Positions 1 through 10,558 are shown, numbered from the stretch's first letter. The stretch: DNA of 32,000 nt from Geotalea daltonii FRC-32 (GCF_000022265.1 NC_011979.1:2640001-2672000); one strand, 5' to 3'. The notes: generated by a model from the letters alone, not told the origin. Made by a program: numbers and translations.

Positions 1-54
1 GCATAAAGTCTGATCATCTTCGTGGCAGCTGTATTGCTGACCTCAGACGTGTAA

Positions 55-1425
<1,371 letters not shown>

Positions 1426-1452
1426 CGCAAGTATCAGAGTAAGTACAAAGGA

Positions 1453-1478
1453 GGCGGGGATCAAACCCCGCCTTTTTT
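1453..1478 (+). terminator. Rho-independent terminator after gdhA
   Basis: The stem is GGCGGGG (1453-1459) paired with CCCCGCC (1466-1472), with a 6-nt loop, followed by TTTTTT (1473-1478). It lies 28 nt after the gdhA stop. Confidence 0.75.
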
Positions 1479-1535
1479 GCATCTGTTCAAAAGTTTTCCC
1501 CTCCCTCAAAACTCTGCATCGCCATGTCTCCTCCC

Positions 1536-1564
1536 TTGACTTTATCCCATTAACTGGCTACTAT
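1536..1564 (+). promoter_or_regulatory. Candidate sigma70-type promoter for ispG
   Basis: TTGACT (1536-1541), a 17-nt spacer, then TACTAT (1559-1564). It sits only about 10 nt before the ATG at 1574. That implies a near-leaderless mRNA or use of the ATG at 1583, so the call is weak. Confidence 0.3.
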
Positions 1565-1573
1565 GCCCCGGTT

Positions 1574-2635
1574 ATGAGAAAAATGACCAAACAGATAACT
1601 GTAGGCAATGTAAAAATCGGCAGAGACGCCCCATGCTCGGTCCAATCCATGTGCAGCACCGACACCCGGGACGTGGCCGCCACTCTTGATCAAATCCGCA
1701 GGCTGAATGATGTTGGCTGCGAACTGGTGCGTTGCGCTGTTCCAGATATGGATGCCGCCGTTGCCCTGGGCCGCATCAAGGCCGACAGTCCGATTCCGGT
1801 TATTGCCGATATCCATTTCGACTACAAACTGGCACTTAAGGTGCTGGAGAACGGCATTGACGGTCTGCGGCTTAATCCGGGCAACATCGGCGATCAGTGG
1901 AAGGTGGCCGAGGTGGTAAAGGTTGCGGCTGAGCGCCAGGTGCCAATACGTATCGGCGTCAATGCCGGTTCCCTGGAAAAGGAGCTGCTGCAGAAATATG
2001 GTCATCCCACTGCTGAGGCCATGGTGGAATCGGCCCTGGGCCATGTACGCATACTCGAAGACCTGGGCTACGACCAGATAAAGATTTCCCTCAAGGCCTC
2101 CGATGTCATGAAAACCGTTTCCGCATATCGTCTCCTTTCCCAGGCGGTAGACTATCCGCTCCATATCGGCATTACCGAAGCCGGTACCATATTTTCCGGC
2201 ACCATCAAATCTTCGGTCGGTCTCGGCATCCTCCTTGCCGACGGTATCGGCGACACCATGCGTGTTTCCCTTACCGGTGATCCGGTTGACGAGGTGCGGG
2301 TCGGGTACGAGATCCTCAAATCTCTCGGCATCAGGCAGCGTGGCATCAATTTTGTCTCTTGCCCCACCTGTGGCCGTTGCCAAATCAACCTCATCAAGGT
2401 TGCAGAAGAGGTGGAAAAAAGACTGGGGGCGGTGGAGAAATCCCTTACTGTTGCAGTGATGGGCTGCGTCGTCAATGGTCCCGGCGAGGCCCGCGAGGCC
2501 GATTTCGGTGTGGCCGGCGGCCGTGGCGAAGGTCTGCTTTTCAGACATGGCGAAATCGTGCGCAAGGTTCCGGAGGGGGAATTGGCCGATGCCTTGGTTG
2601 AAGAGGTGCTTAAAGCTGCAAAGAGTGAAGAGTGA
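1574..2635 (+). CDS. ispG: 4-hydroxy-3-methylbut-2-en-1-yl diphosphate synthase (IspG/GcpE)
   Basis: This is the C-terminal 354 aa of track ORF 1160..2635. The upstream part overlaps gdhA and has no homology signal. The N-terminus MRKMTKQITVGNVKIGRDAPCSVQSMCSTDTRD is typical of IspG. The Fe-S ligand region is FVSCPTCGRC ... GCVVNGPGE. An alternative start is the ATG at 1583. Confidence 0.9.
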   Translation: MRKMTKQITVGNVKIGRDAPCSVQSMCSTDTRDVAATLDQIRRLNDVGCELVRCAVPDMDAAVALGRIKADSPIPVIADIHFDYKLALKVLENGIDGLRLNPGNIGDQWKVAEVVKVAAERQVPIRIGVNAGSLEKELLQKYGHPTAEAMVESALGHVRILEDLGYDQIKISLKASDVMKTVSAYRLLSQAVDYPLHIGITEAGTIFSGTIKSSVGLGILLADGIGDTMRVSLTGDPVDEVRVGYEILKSLGIRQRGINFVSCPTCGRCQINLIKVAEEVEKRLGAVEKSLTVAVMGCVVNGPGEAREADFGVAGGRGEGLLFRHGEIVRKVPEGELADALVEEVLKAAKSEE

Positions 2636-2706
2636 AGAGTGAAGAGTGAAGAGTGAAGAGTGAAGAGTGAAGAGTGAAGAGTGAAGAGTGAAGAGTGAAG
2701 AGTGAG
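2621..2706. repeat. Heptanucleotide microsatellite (AGTGAAG)n, about 12 copies
   Basis: There are 11 perfect AGTGAAG units at 2624-2700, plus partial units on both sides. The ispG stop TGA (2633-2635) lies in the second unit. The repeat fills most of the ispG-proS spacer. Confidence 0.95.
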
Positions 2707-2749
2707 GCGCGTGCCCCATTGTTTTTTTTATTGAGAAAGTGAGATTCGT

Positions 2750-4462
2750 ATGCGTTATTCGCAGTACTTTATTCCGACAGTCAAGGAAACTCCTTCCGAT
2801 GCGGAGGTCATATCACACCAGCTCATGCTGCGCGGCGGCATGATCCGCAAACTGGCGGCGGGCGTTTACAATTATCTCCCCCTTGGGCTTCGTTCCATCC
2901 GCAAGGTGGAGAATATCGTCCGTGAGGAGATGAATCGTGCCGGCGCCATCGAACTGCTGATGCCCACTGTCCAGCCTGCGGAGCTTTGGCAGGAGTCGGG
3001 ACGCTGGGAGCAGTACGGCAAGGAACTGCTCCGCTTCAGGGATCGCAAGGATACGGAATTCTGTCTCGGACCAACCCATGAAGAGGTCATTACCGATCTG
3101 GTGAGGCGCGAGGTAAAGAGCTACCGGCAACTCCCGATCAATCTCTATCAGATACAGGGCAAGTTCCGTGACGAGATCCGTCCCCGCTTCGGTCTCATGC
3201 GCGGTCGCGAGTTCATCATGAAGGATGCTTACTCCTTTGATGTGGATGAAAAAGCTGCGGACATTTCCTATGACAAGATGTACCAGGCCTATCGGCGAAT
3301 CTTCGAGCGTTGCGGCCTAAAATTCCGCGCCGTTGAGGCTGATACCGGCAGCATTGGAGGCTCCTGGTCCCATGAATTCATGGTGTTGGCCGAATCGGGA
3401 GAAGACGCAATTGTCTCCTGTACGGCCTGCGACTATGCAGCAAATGTGGAAAAGGCCGAAGCAAGGCAGTCTGCAGTTACCGAGCATGCCGATCCCCGCG
3501 ATATGGAGAAAGTGTCGACCCCCGAAAAGAAAAGTATTGAAGAAGTTGCCGCATTCCTTGCCATCCACGAATCTTCCCTGGTCAAGACTTTGGTGCTCCT
3601 GGCCGACAACGAGCCTGTGGTGGCGCTTTTGCGGGGCGATCATGAGCTGAATGAGATCAAGCTGAAAAATATCCTCGGCTGTGACACCCTTGAGATGGCG
3701 GGCGAAGAGGTGGTCGTCAAGGTTACCGGTGCACCGACCGGTTTTGCCGGGCCTGTTGGGTTGAAGGCAAAAATTATTGCCGACCTGGCCGTCCAGGGAA
3801 TGAAAAACTTCGTCACCGGTGCCAATGCCAAGGACCTGCACCTGAAAAACGTCAACCTGGGCCGGGATTTCAACGTAACCACCTTTGCCGATATCCGCAA
3901 TGTGGTCCTCGGCGATCCCTGCCCACGCTGCGAGAGCGGCACACTGGAGATGTGGCGTGGCATCGAAGTCGGTCACGTCTTCAAACTGGGCACCAAATAT
4001 TCCAAGGCCATGAAGGCAACTTATCTGGACGCTGACGGCAAGGAGCAGATCATCTTCATGGGGTGCTACGGCATCGGCATCGGGCGTACCGTTGCCGCCT
4101 GCATCGAGCAGAATCACGACGAGAACGGCATCATCTTCCCGCTTCCCATCGCCCCGTTTCATTGCATCATCTCTGCCCTTAATATGAAGGAAGACGTGGT
4201 CAGGGAAGCATCGGAAGCAATATATGGCCAGCTCGCAGCAGCCGGGATTGAAGTGCTGCTGGATGATCGTGACGAGCGGCCCGGCTTCAAGTTCAAGGAT
4301 GCCGATCTGATTGGTATTCCCATGCGCATCGTCGTGGGGAGCAAGAATCTGGCCGACGGGAAGGTGGAGCTCAAATGTCGCCGATCCGGCGAGGTGGAGT
4401 TGCTTTCCATTGCTGATGCCGTGGAAAAAGTAAAAGCCGCAGTTAATGCTGCGTTGAAGTAG
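2750..4462 (+). CDS. proS: Prolyl-tRNA synthetase (bacterial type with editing insertion)
   Basis: 570-aa ORF. The class II aaRS motif 2 region is [26 protein letters not shown] long insertion domain and a C-terminal anticodon-binding domain are present. The size matches bacterial-type ProRS. Confidence 0.93.
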   Translation: MRYSQYFIPTVKETPSDAEVISHQLMLRGGMIRKLAAGVYNYLPLGLRSIRKVENIVREEMNRAGAIELLMPTVQPAELWQESGRWEQYGKELLRFRDRKDTEFCLGPTHEEVITDLVRREVKSYRQLPINLYQIQGKFRDEIRPRFGLMRGREFIMKDAYSFDVDEKAADISYDKMYQAYRRIFERCGLKFRAVEADTGSIGGSWSHEFMVLAESGEDAIVSCTACDYAANVEKAEARQSAVTEHADPRDMEKVSTPEKKSIEEVAAFLAIHESSLVKTLVLLADNEPVVALLRGDHELNEIKLKNILGCDTLEMAGEEVVVKVTGAPTGFAGPVGLKAKIIADLAVQGMKNFVTGANAKDLHLKNVNLGRDFNVTTFADIRNVVLGDPCPRCESGTLEMWRGIEVGHVFKLGTKYSKAMKATYLDADGKEQIIFMGCYGIGIGRTVAACIEQNHDENGIIFPLPIAPFHCIISALNMKEDVVREASEAIYGQLAAAGIEVLLDDRDERPGFKFKDADLIGIPMRIVVGSKNLADGKVELKCRRSGEVELLSIADAVEKVKAAVNAALK

Positions 4463-4473
4463 AAGGTGAAGCA

Positions 4474-5193
4474 ATGACCAGAGACGAAGCACGGGCAAAG
4501 ATAATTTTCGCCCTTGATGTAAACGAGTTCAGCGATGTTGAGAAATGGGCAGACCTGCTTTCGCCCCATGTGGGGATGTTCAAGGTGGGAAAGCAGCTTT
4601 ATACCGCCTGTGGTCCCGCCGTGGTGCGGATGATCCAGAAATACGGCGGCGAGGTGTTTCTTGACCTGAAGTATCATGATATTCCCAACACCGTGGCCAT
4701 GGCCTCCCTCGAAGCGGCCCGCATGGGGGTGAAGCTGTTCAATCTCCATGCCCTTGGCGGCTATGAGATGATGGCCAAAACGGTGGAGACGCTGGATAAG
4801 GAATTCAAGGGGGAAGAGCGGGGGAAAGTTTTGGCCGTGACCATCCTCACCTCATCCAACGAGCAGACCTTGCAAGAGGTGGGGATAAACCTGCCGGTGC
4901 CGGAAATGGTGGTGAAACTTGCAGCTCTGGCCAAAAAGGCGGGCATTGATGGCGTAGTCGCTTCTCCCCAGGAGGTGCCGCTGATCCGTGAAGCCTGCGG
5001 CAACGATTTCCTCATCGTTACTCCCGGCGTTCGGCCGGCCTTTGCCGCTGCCGATGATCAGAAAAGGATCATGACACCGGCTGAAGCAGTGAAAAGCGGT
5101 GCCGATTACCTGGTAATCGGTCGGCCTATCGCCGCTGCGCCGAATCCTGCAGAAGCCGCACAAGCCATTGTTGCGGAGATTGTCGCAGGCTGA
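4474..5193 (+). CDS. pyrF: Orotidine 5'-phosphate decarboxylase
   Basis: 239-aa ORF with the OMP decarboxylase signature FLDLKYHDIPNT and the C-terminal motif VIGRPI. Confidence 0.9.
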   Translation: MTRDEARAKIIFALDVNEFSDVEKWADLLSPHVGMFKVGKQLYTACGPAVVRMIQKYGGEVFLDLKYHDIPNTVAMASLEAARMGVKLFNLHALGGYEMMAKTVETLDKEFKGEERGKVLAVTILTSSNEQTLQEVGINLPVPEMVVKLAALAKKAGIDGVVASPQEVPLIREACGNDFLIVTPGVRPAFAAADDQKRIMTPAEAVKSGADYLVIGRPIAAAPNPAEAAQAIVAEIVAG

Positions 5194-5209
5194 AAGGATC
5201 ATCGTCACC

Positions 5210-5947
5210 ATGAAAGATGAAATCATATACGGGCTAAATTCGGTTATGGAGGCTCTCCGCGGGAAACGGAGGGCCTTCGAGCTTTTTGTCGCCAGCGGCA
5301 GCAGTGATCGCCGTTTGGAAAAACTTCTCGATCTTGCTGAAGAGAAGAGGGTGCCGGTGCGCCACCGGGACAAGCGGGATATTTCCCGGCTCTGCGGTAC
5401 TGATCACCATCAGGGGATCGCTTTACGGACAGAACGATTTGCCTATGCGCAACTGGCTGATATACTGGAATCTGAAACGGCCCGCAGCAACGGCCTGTTA
5501 TTGGTTCTGGACGGTGTGCAGGACCCGCACAACCTGGGTGCACTGATTCGCAGTGCCGCTTGTGCCGGAGCCCAGGGAGTGATCATCCCCAAAGACCGTG
5601 CAGTAGGGGTGACAGCGGCAGTGGAAAAAGCTTCGGCCGGCGCTATTGAAACCATTGCGGTTGCAGAGGTGACCAACATCGCCCAGACCCTGGATGAGCT
5701 GAAAGCTGCCGGATTCTGGATCTACGGAGCAGACGGCGAATCGCCCATCTCTATCTTCGAGCAGAAATTGACCGGAGCCGTGGCGCTGGTCATCGGCAGC
5801 GAAGGGGAGGGGATCAGGCCGCTGGTAAAGAAGAGATGTGACATCCTGGTGTCGATCCCGCTCAAAGGGGGCGTCAACTCCCTCAATGCCTCGGTTGCCG
5901 GAGGGATTATGCTCTTCGAAGTGGTGCGGCAGCGGGATAAAAAATAA
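5210..5947 (+). CDS. rlmB: 23S rRNA 2'-O-ribose methyltransferase, SpoU/TrmH family (RlmB-like)
   Basis: Track ORF 5168..5947. The likely start is the ATG at 5210 (MKDEIIYGLNSVMEAL), which avoids most of the overlap with pyrF. It has an N-terminal substrate-binding domain and SpoU motifs LVLDGVQDPHNLGALIRSA, LVIGSEGEGI and SLNASVAGGI. Confidence 0.78.
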   Translation: MKDEIIYGLNSVMEALRGKRRAFELFVASGSSDRRLEKLLDLAEEKRVPVRHRDKRDISRLCGTDHHQGIALRTERFAYAQLADILESETARSNGLLLVLDGVQDPHNLGALIRSAACAGAQGVIIPKDRAVGVTAAVEKASAGAIETIAVAEVTNIAQTLDELKAAGFWIYGADGESPISIFEQKLTGAVALVIGSEGEGIRPLVKKRCDILVSIPLKGGVNSLNASVAGGIMLFEVVRQRDKK

Positions 5948-5964
5948 ATTTTCAAATTATTCCA

Positions 5965-5994
5965 TTGACAGCAAGTGTCTGGTTAGGGTATAAG
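5965..5994 (+). promoter_or_regulatory. Candidate sigma70 promoter for tRNA-fMet
   Basis: TTGACA (5965-5970), an 18-nt spacer, then TATAAG (5989-5994). It ends about 12 nt before the mature tRNA 5' end at 6006. Confidence 0.45.
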
Positions 5995-6005
5995 TAACAA
6001 GTTAA

Positions 6006-6082
<77 letters not shown>

Positions 6083-6091
6083 AATCATTTC

Positions 6092-6123
6092 AGGGACTTA
6101 CAGCGATGTAAGTCCCTTTTTTA
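6092..6123 (+). terminator. Rho-independent terminator after tRNA-fMet
   Basis: An 11-bp perfect stem, AGGGACTTACA (6092-6102) paired with TGTAAGTCCCT (6107-6117), with loop GCGA, followed by a T-run. Confidence 0.8.
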
Positions 6124-6376
6124 TTGCCCACTGTACACACAAGTACTATGTTGCAAGAAAACCGAGGAGAATATCCTTAGAAGCCGTCTCTCCCTGTAGC
6201 CGCCAACTTGAATCCTCCCTCTACAGGGGAGATTCTGTCCCTCTACCCACCAAAATACCCATTCCTAAAGTTGTAGAACAGCGTGCCGCCGATTGTTGGA
6301 AATATTCTCTTTCGTGTGGTGGAATGTAGGGAACGAGATGAAAAACTCCGTGATTGCTAGTGGCAACTTTGCTTCG

Positions 6377-6730
6377 CTAACCAGTACGTAGTCTTTTTGC
6401 GCGTTCTGTCGTGCAGACGTTTTGATTTTTTGCTTTCTTGGCTACCTTTTCACTGACCAAACGCAACTCCAAACGGCAACCAAGAGCATGTGCATATTTC
6501 TGCAATGTCGCAATGGATGGTGAATGCTTTCCTCCTCCTGATTCGAGTCGGGCGATTGCAGATTGTGTTGTACCGATGCGCTCAGCTACTTCGGCTTGTG
6601 TTACCCCTGCGGCAGCACGAGCTTTGAGGAATTCATCAAGAAATCGGAACTCTTCATCCAGTGCATCATATTCAGTTTTTACGTCTGCCCTCTGAAGGGC
6701 GCGATCTTTAAGTTCTTTGTGTGTGAGCAT
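6377..6730 (-). CDS. higA: XRE-family HTH antitoxin (HigA-like)
   Basis: 117-aa ORF with the HTH segment GVTQAEVAERIGTTQSAIARLESGGGKHSPSIATLQKYAHALG. It lies downstream of the toxin gene and overlaps it by 23 nt (the HigBA gene order). Confidence 0.75.
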   Translation of the reverse strand: MLTHKELKDRALQRADVKTEYDALDEEFRFLDEFLKARAAAGVTQAEVAERIGTTQSAIARLESGGGKHSPSIATLQKYAHALGCRLELRLVSEKVAKKAKNQNVCTTERAKRLRTG

Positions 6731-7049
6731 TTTTGTACTCCTTCATCCGTCTTTGTGCCGTTTCAAGTTCTCTTGGTGGGGTTTTGTCTGTCTTCTTTAC
6801 AAATTGGTGCAGCATCACGATTTTACGACCAATCATCGTGCAGTAGAATACCCGTGCAATTCCCTCAGCGGATTTCAGTCGCAATTCAAAAAGGCCGTCT
6901 CCCATTGCTCGGGTATGCGGCATGCCGAGGTCTGGTCCGTAAAGCTCCATTCTGTCGGTGTACCGAAAATAGCGACCAAGGAATCCGGCAGGCATGGCAA
7001 GGATTTCTTCTTGTACTGATTCGCTGTAGTAGGTGAGTGTCCAAATCAT
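6708..7049 (-). CDS. higB: RelE/ParE-superfamily toxin, Gp49/HigB-like
   Basis: 113-aa ORF. The pattern LFELRLKSAEGIARVFYCTMIGRKIVMLHQFVKKTDKTPPRELETAQRR is typical of the phage Gp49-like (DUF891) toxin family. Confidence 0.75.
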   Translation of the reverse strand: MIWTLTYYSESVQEEILAMPAGFLGRYFRYTDRMELYGPDLGMPHTRAMGDGLFELRLKSAEGIARVFYCTMIGRKIVMLHQFVKKTDKTPPRELETAQRRMKEYKNAHTQRT

Positions 7050-7578
7050 GGCTTCAATATATCATATTTGCTATTATGGTCTATATGTTTTTCAGCTTTT
7101 TTACCAACGGGTTGTGGCATTACTCCCGCTGCGGTTCTTAGTCCCAGTTGATGTACAAGGCAATTCTCGGGCTTTTCCCATCAATTTTTTTGTTGCAAAT
7201 CTCTATTACACTTAGGGCATCTTCTGAGAAGAAGTGTGTCCGCAAAATAAAGTTCAAAGTCAAGTAGCAGCGTCCATATTGTGAGCAACCATAGTCCGGG
7301 TCTGCAGCCGCACTGACACCTGATTATAAAAACTCGCGTTATCAATATTGCTGGGATGATTGCCAGCATTAGATATGCTTTTTGAAGGTCATGCCGTCGT
7401 CAGAAAGTAGACGATGGCAACAAGGTCAATAACAAGAAGCGCTGAAAGTGTTCGGTAAATTATTATTCTCATGGGTTTTACCAGTTCAACGGCTGCGCCG
7501 TTGAACCGCAAGCCGGCTTTTTCGGCGGGCGGCGTCCAACGGTATGGTTGGGATCACATTCTCAAATTTCCACTTTCA

Positions 7579-7628
7579 AGGGCTGACCCCGTCACGTCGG
7601 ACCAGGGCTGACCCCGTCACGTCGGACC
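7579..7628. repeat. Two tandem 25-bp direct repeats (AGGGCTGACCCCGTCACGTCGGACC)
   Basis: Perfect copies at 7579-7603 and 7604-7628. The truncated istB frame runs into copy 2 and stops there. This is consistent with multi-repeat IS21-type terminal transposase-binding sites brought next to the gene by a deletion. Confidence 0.85.
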
Positions 7629-7775
7629 CTCCGCCTTGAGGACATGCTCAAGAAAATCGATATAGGATGACTCCTGTTTGGCCGCCACATCCGCGAGATC
7701 GGCATAGACATCGGCCACCGCCTGGAACTTGAGATCATCGCACAAGGCTAGTATCCGTTGGTGCTGTACGCTCAT
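7617..7775 (-). pseudogene. istB: IS21 helper ATPase IstB, N-terminal fragment only
   Basis: My own translation gives MSVQHQRILALCDDLKFQAVADVYADLADVAAKQESSYIDFLEHVLKAEGPT*. This matches only the first ~50 aa of IstB-type proteins. The AAA+ domain is absent. Confidence 0.6.
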
Positions 7776-8602
7776 AGCCGTCCCTCCTGGAGCATCTGCT
7801 CATAAATGGCAGGAGTGCGCTGCAGAGGTGTCACGGGCCAGAAAGCAGGGAGAATAACCTTCTTCTCGGACTCAACGGATACACCCTGCGGAAGCGGCAG
7901 CAGAACTTTGAGCTCGGTCTCCATCCGGTCACAGGGGCGCTCGTTGGTTTCACCGTGGATACGGCAATTGGCTACCTCGTCGAGCCAGCGTCGCACTTCG
8001 ATATTGGCGGTGGCAACGTCGAGGACCAGACCAGCCTGCTTCAGCCGCGAGACTAAAGGGTAATGGAAGCTGTACCGCAGGTAACGATTGAAACGCTCTA
8101 CCTTTCCCTTGGTCTTGGCGCGGTACGGCTTGCAGAGCCTGGGTAAGAACCCAAAACGCTTGGAGATGTCCCACAGTCCGGCATGAAAGCGGTGTTTACC
8201 GTTGCCGTAAGCGTTACGCTCCAGTACCACGGTCTTCATGTTGTCATAGAGCACTTCATACGCCGCCAAAGAATGAGAAAGCTGCCTCATGGCACTCGCG
8301 AAGGACATTGAAAGCTTGGCTGGTCGTATAGGCGACGAAGGTGTTACGACTGAAGCCGAGTGTGGCAACGAAAGGATATGGTGCGGCAAGGCGGCCTTCA
8401 CCCGCTCTTCCAGAAACGCCTTGAACGGGTCCAGTTTCGATGGTCGCTTAGGCCGCGTCTTATACCGTGGGTCTGCTCGCGAACGAAGATACTTTCTGAC
8501 GGTGTGTCGGGACAAACCGGTGATCCTGGTGATCTCCCGGATGCTTTTGTGTTGCTTGTCTCTTAGGATTCTGACTTCCATGCACTCTTCCTTTCCAGTC
8601 AT
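7772..8602 (-). pseudogene. istA: IS21-family transposase IstA with internal deletion
   Basis: 276 aa, compared with about 400-500 aa for intact IstA. The N-terminal HTH (IREITRITGLSRHTVRKYLR) is joined to the distal DDE region (LYDNMKTVV ... PYRAKTKGKVERFNRYL ... VANCRIHGETNERP). The first part of the catalytic core is missing. Confidence 0.7.
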
Positions 8603-8886
8603 GCCGACCCTCCAGGTCGGCTAGGATACAGGAAGTGTGGGTCAAATTTCAGTTTCCGAGGTGGGTTATTTTTACATTGCCGCTAACACTATCTACATTG
8701 TGTGCTTCGGATTCATGCATTAATCACGCTGGCCATGGGGTGGGTTTTCGGTTCCTTTTTTGATGCTGCAAGAATTCGTCAGGCCACCAAACTGACTTCA
8801 AACTGAGGCACAAGTCGAGAAAGAAATGTAACTTGGCGGGCGTATAGTGCAATATGATACTACACAGAGTAGCTTTGGCTCGTCCT

Positions 8887-9549
8887 TTACTCCAGATTAT
8901 TGGGTTCCAAATTAAAATGCCATTCCTCAAAGAAATCGCTCAAAAATTGTTCAATGACTGCATGCCTGGACCTCGCCAGCCTTTTACCTGTTTCTGTATC
9001 GAAATCGTCTTTAAGTAGCAACAGTTTCTCGTAATAATGATGAATAACAGAAGGACAATGGGCTCCTGATTCGTACGGCTTGTTTGAGAATGGCACTGTA
9101 GGGTTCCAAATGCATTCATCATACTTTCCACCATATACGAACGACCTGGCAACACCTATAGCACCCAATGCATCGATGTTATCAGCATCTCTGACTATTT
9201 GCGCCTCGAGCGAGAGCTTGGATCGCGCACCAGGAGAAAACGAGTATTGGCTTGTATATGAAATGATTTCTAATATTGTGTCATGATATTTTGGGTTAAC
9301 AGCTATCTGGCCTAAATGTTCTCTTACCGTTTTTTCAGCCTCTTTATGAGATACCTTGGTTGCTTTCAAGCCCTCAAGATGTCGATCGATATCATGTAGA
9401 TAACAAGAAGCGACTATAACCTCCAAATTCCCACCTTCATAATGCGAGATATAACGGGCGATCCTCTCAACCCGCTCTAAATGAAAAAAATCGTGAGCAG
9501 AAGACTCGCCTTGGTAAAAGTCTTTGACATAATCCTTAATATCTTTCAT
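8887..9549 (-). CDS. HD-domain metal-dependent phosphohydrolase (YedJ/YpgQ-like)
   Basis: 220-aa ORF. The HD signature is FFHLERVERIA ... SCYLHDIDR ... VRDADNIDALG. RBS GGGGGAT lies upstream. It is the last gene of the AT-rich operon. Confidence 0.75.
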   Translation of the reverse strand: MKDIKDYVKDFYQGESSAHDFFHLERVERIARYISHYEGGNLEVIVASCYLHDIDRHLEGLKATKVSHKEAEKTVREHLGQIAVNPKYHDTILEIISYTSQYSFSPGARSKLSLEAQIVRDADNIDALGAIGVARSFVYGGKYDECIWNPTVPFSNKPYESGAHCPSVIHHYYEKLLLLKDDFDTETGKRLARSRHAVIEQFLSDFFEEWHFNLEPNNLE

Positions 9550-9576
9550 TTATCCCCCAAACTAGCCGGGTGTGCA

Positions 9577-10458
9577 CTAGTTTTCAAAAACACAGCCAAC
9601 ACCGGTATGAGCCATAAACCACGCGAGATGCGATAAATAAGCACCTTCCTTGATAATGACTGAATCATTATTTCCCATGGATGAAATATGATCAAACAAT
9701 GGATTACTAATCAACTTGGTAGCACACCCTTGAGAATGCGGGCTGACCATAAATGGCTTCTCTAATCTTCCCCCTGACAAACCTTGATAGGCCAATTTGT
9801 CAATGTCTTTATACTCTAGAAAATACATCCTTCCAGCTTGAAAGCCCACTTCGTAAAGGCAATCATGGTCAGGGTCAATATTTTCGAGGACTCTTAAACT
9901 GTCCAATGACGGACATTTACTTGAGCTAGCAGGATATTCCATCCATTGAGCACCATCCCACCTAACGCAGACTGGCTGGCGGCCGAAATCTTCGCTAATT
10001 AAATCACCATTTGAATCTAATAGGAATCTATTTTTGAAAAATCCTTTCCTAAACAAGGCATCCGGCGCACCTTCCACGATCTCAAGAAGAATATGCCTGT
10101 CTTTGACAAGTATTCCTCCAGACCAATCAAACTCCAATAGTGGTTGGACTGTCATGTCATAATCATGAATTCCAAGGTCCTCTGCTTCGGCAATAAGAAT
10201 GTGAATGGTTTCTTCAATATCCTGAGTGGAGGTTAACCTTTTCAGGCAATGTGGATAAACTGAATCTGAAAAATTAGCTCTAACATACAACCATTGTGGT
10301 GCCCATTGGCTAACCAATTGGACCGCGGTGGGGACTTCAGCTTTTTTATGAAACAAAACCGTATTAGGAATCCTCAAATTGCTGCCATCCAAGGCTATAA
10401 GACTCCTGACTTTATCCGTAACTACCTCAAAATTGTTTAGCCTGAATAACCCAGTCAT
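9577..10458 (-). CDS. Small PEP-utilising-enzyme-like protein (ATP-grasp-like core plus phosphohistidine swivel-like C-terminus)
   Basis: 293-aa ORF. TVQPLLEFDWSGGILVKDRHILLEIVEGAPDALFRKG resembles the PpsA/PPDK nucleotide-binding domain. The C-terminal VIIKEGAYLSHLAWFMAHTGVGCVF resembles the mobile His-domain motif (GG-x-T-SH-aAI-ARE-GIP). The assignment is by eye only. Confidence 0.4.
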   Translation of the reverse strand: MTGLFRLNNFEVVTDKVRSLIALDGSNLRIPNTVLFHKKAEVPTAVQLVSQWAPQWLYVRANFSDSVYPHCLKRLTSTQDIEETIHILIAEAEDLGIHDYDMTVQPLLEFDWSGGILVKDRHILLEIVEGAPDALFRKGFFKNRFLLDSNGDLISEDFGRQPVCVRWDGAQWMEYPASSSKCPSLDSLRVLENIDPDHDCLYEVGFQAGRMYFLEYKDIDKLAYQGLSGGRLEKPFMVSPHSQGCATKLISNPLFDHISSMGNNDSVIIKEGAYLSHLAWFMAHTGVGCVFEN

Positions 10459-10558
10459 TTCGTACCCTATAAAAAAATGGAATTATAAGACCACTGGCGA
10501 CTTGACCCCAAACCATCAAACCTATGGTACTGTGGCTTATGTCGAGTTTCAGAATTTC

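Larger units (their letters stand above)
7556..8666 (-). mobile_element. Decayed IS21-family insertion sequence
   Basis: An istA-like ORF and an istB-like fragment are joined by the ATGA stop/start overlap typical of IS21. Both are truncated. Tandem 25-bp repeats lie at the istB side. A 7-bp stem hairpin (8603-8621) covers the istA RBS. The core TCAAATTTC recurs at 7562-7570 and 8642-8650. The ends are not resolved. Confidence 0.6.

Noticed and set aside
1550-2719. 389-aa minus-strand ORF with an N-terminal HSSLFTL tandem peptide repeat
   Set aside because: It lies antisense to the well-supported ispG gene. The peptide repeat is only the translation of the 7-bp microsatellite, and the rest has no recognisable motif. 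It is a shadow ORF of a GC-rich gene.
6123-6376. Search for an integrase remnant directly downstream of the tRNA
   Set aside because: The translations I read on both strands show only very short ORFs, with no recombinase-like R-H-R-Y box fragments.
7181-7472. Two small hydrophobic minus-strand ORFs (62 aa at 7181-7369; 27 aa at 7389-7472) and a 10-bp perfect hairpin at 7484-7506
   Set aside because: There is no recognisable family, and the RBSs are weak. They could be fragments of a disrupted membrane protein gene next to the IS remnant, which is not enough to call.
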